A stretch of DNA of 62,963 bases, the filler included, from Octopus bimaculoides (Eukaryota), in assembly GCF_001194135.2 (NCBI RefSeq). It is 9 parts of 8 records of this genome, joined end to end, with 100 filler letters (N's around TTAATTAATTAA, not from the genome) between each part and the next. Parts side by side here need not be neighbours in the genome. Positions count along the whole stretch, not along the records: positions 60,343 to 62,963 come from NC_068986.1; 8 more parts are not named here. One strand, given 5' to 3'. Below the pieces are notes generated by a model, which had not been told where the DNA came from, did not search any database, and was given only the letters and a program-made list of their open reading frames with translations. A program made the translations under genes and the position numbers. Shown one piece after another: positions 60,630-62,963 of the stretch. Positions within the stretch are counted from its first letter, which is position 1. Each line of letters begins with the position of its first letter.

Positions 60630-61340
60630 TGTGAGCCAGTTCTCTTCAGCGAAAGTCCGCCCTTATATCTGCCCACTATTCTTCGGTGCAAAATTATTCG
60701 GGCTTACTAAACCATAAGGAGACCTGCGCCCCATTGCGGTCGGCTGCACCCTTCGCCGTCTCACTGCAAATGTGTGCTTACAATCGGTTTCTAGCTTATT
60801 GGAGGAGGAATTTTCCCCCACCCAGCTAGGCGTGGGCACCAAATTGGGATGTGAAGCTGCTACCCACGCTACCAGAGTCTATGCCAACTTGCCCTCCTTG
60901 TTACCCAAGGTCATCATCAAACTTGACTTTAAGAATGCCTTCAACTCCATCAGCCGCGATGCTGTCCTCAGCTCAGTAAGAGAGAAGGTCCTACAACTCT
61001 ACCGCCTTGCATGGCAGGCTTATTGGGAACTCTCCTATCTCTCATTCGGTGACCAAGTCAACACCTCCGCCTCAGGAGTCCAACAAGGCGACCCACTCGG
61101 GCCCGCTCTGTTCGCACTGGACATCGATGACATCACCAAGATGGGGGTTCGAGCTAGACCTCAACGCCTGGTATCTCGATGATGCTTGTTTGGGGGGATC
61201 ACAGGACAAGGTTCTCGCCATTGCAAACATAATGGTTAGGGAGCTTGGTCGCCGGGGTCGCCAAGTAAACAGCTCCAAATGTGAACTCTGGATCCTCAAC
61301 CACCCGGCTTCTCAACATCAACCAACTATTGGCCTTTTTG
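60630..61340 (+). mobile_element. CRE-clade non-LTR retrotransposon RT fragment
   Basis: DLRPIAVGCTLRRL, QLGVGTKLGCEA..H, KLDFKNAFNSI, GVQQGDPLGPALF, AWYLDD: motif spacing typical of CRE/SLACS-type RTs. Confidence 0.85.
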
Positions 61341-61964
61341 ATTGATTTCATTGTCAGTGTCTTCCGACTTGGTCAACTCACTCAAGGCTGCTATGGTAGG
61401 ATCTGGATATTTAGAATGGTCGTGATATTTAGTGAAAATATGATGCTGAAATACAATACAATACAATACTTGTATTCTAAACATATTTTCGAAATAATCT
61501 TTGTTGCCATTAGGATATGAGTTGGACATTGTGTTTAGCAGTGAGCTAAACACAATGTCCAACTCATGATCGACGATGCGTCAAAGTTCAATATAATTTC
61601 ATTTCACGCATTCTTTACTAATTTTGCTAAATAAGTCAACATGGAGGACACTAGTTCGCGCAAGCATCTAAAATGAGGCACACATCTAATGTACTGCTCA
61701 AAATTAGATTCTGTTTGACTGAAGTAATCTGCTGAATGTTTTCTTTGTAAAACAAGAAGGGGTGTGAGTTTTGTAAAATTCCTATCAGTGAATAAAAAAG
61801 CTTAAAATGGGTGATAACCTCTGATTTAGTAAAGTGGCTGAGAGGCCTGGAAGATAGTATAATAAAGCTGCAGGAAAAAATCAAACAACAAATGCAATTT
61901 AACAAACAAAAGCAAAGCAAAAAAAACAAAACCCGGCGTAAATGAGTGCAAAATAACACAAATT

Positions 61965-62020
61965 AAAGTGATGACGTAACTTGCGGAGGGAACTGAAACG
62001 GAAATAGTTGCCATGTAGTA
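61965..62020. promoter_or_regulatory. Candidate promoter motif cluster (CRE/ATF, ETS, RFX half-site)
   Basis: TGACGTAA 61972-79, CGGAAAT 61999-62005, GTTGCCATG 62007-15 within about 45 bp of CpG-containing sequence with no repeat recognised. Confidence 0.3.
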
Positions 62021-62658
62021 TACTATATCAATAAGAAAGTTTAGGTTTCAAAACTACTTGTATCCTGAATACTGGTGTTAAATATATCACGTACTTCAGA
62101 GGAAAATGGTGTGAAAATCTTACCATCTGTTCCAAATGACATTAATAAAATAAATACTTGACAAATTACCAGACGAGACTCGATATAACGACTAGGCTCG
62201 ATAAAACCACTACTCTTAATGACAGTGTTCCTTCATAGCCGTACACCAATGATAGAAGTTAATGAAAGAACGGAGGAGAGAGTTTTTGTACATTTAATAT
62301 AATCAGATTAAGTATAAAACTATGCAAAAAAAACAAAAACAAACCCGAATAAGCAAACGAGCCGACAAAATTGTATGTTATTACATTGCAACGAACATAA
62401 TAAAATGACCTCATTTCAGAAAGCATTCGTATTATATTCTTACAGTTCTCTGTCTCATGATTAAGAGAAGCAATGTTTCTACTGTTACGATCAATGAAAG
62501 AAAACTTATTCGGTTTCAATGATAAGAGGCCAGATTAATTATTTAATTAAAGAGAAACCCTATATAAAGTGACGCCACGTTTCTTGTGGGAAAAGCTGAC
62601 CAGACCGAAGATAATAAAACAGATAAGTTTTTGTTATTAGCCACAAAACTAATTTTTA

Positions 62659-62721
62659 TTTCTAATTTTGGCACAAGGCCAGCAATTTTAAGGGGAAGGG
62701 CAAATCAGTTACAGCGACCCT
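62659..62721 (-). mobile_element. SINE family A, 3' tail fragment (variant 2)
   Basis: TTTCTAATTTTGGCACAAGGCCAGCAATTTT. Confidence 0.7.
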
Positions 62722-62901
62722 GTCGAGGATCCTTCATTGATAAATATGATTTAAGTTAGATTAAGCTACCATTTCTAGCAGGTCAAGCGACCATAATGAG
62801 GCTCTGTTGTTGGTAAGTCTGTCTTTCACACACAAACACTCACGTCTCCGCGCAGGCGCGCACACATATCTACCTCTCTCTATCTACTACCGTTCTCTAT
62901 T

Positions 62902-62904
<3 letters not shown>

Positions 62905-62963
<59 letters not shown>
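62905..62963. repeat. (CA)n/(GCAC)n microsatellite
   Basis: Direct run. Confidence 0.95.

Overview
A repeat-saturated, AT-rich animal genome window with many N-gaps. It is most likely octopus (inferred from the tRNA-derived SINE families, dense microsatellites and transposon spectrum; not verified by search). No intact, recognisable host gene is present. The only host-gene candidate is a 26-bp micro-exon plus terminal exon with AATAAA at 48.2-48.3 kb (+). The rest is a layered transposon graveyard: several tRNA-SINE families (labelled A-G here); decayed non-LTR retrotransposons of many clades (RTE, CR1, Tx1/L1, R4/Dong-like, CRE, Penelope-like); two Mag-like Ty3/gypsy LTRs, one followed by gag; mariner, maT/rosa-like and Merlin transposase remnants; and MITEs with clean TSDs. 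The most interesting signals are: (1) a (TATG)n array hit three times, by two same-phase insertions of a restriction-like-endonuclease retrotransposon and by an RTE 3' end carrying tandem C2H2 fingers, alongside a separate young (TAA)n-associated Dong-like family; (2) four type I hammerhead-like folds from three repeat families, one with an intact catalytic core; (3) a 205-bp foldback built around head-to-head (TTAGGG)n/(CCCTAA)n; (4) modular head/core/tail swapping among SINEs. Family assignments come from recalled protein and nucleotide motifs, not database searches.
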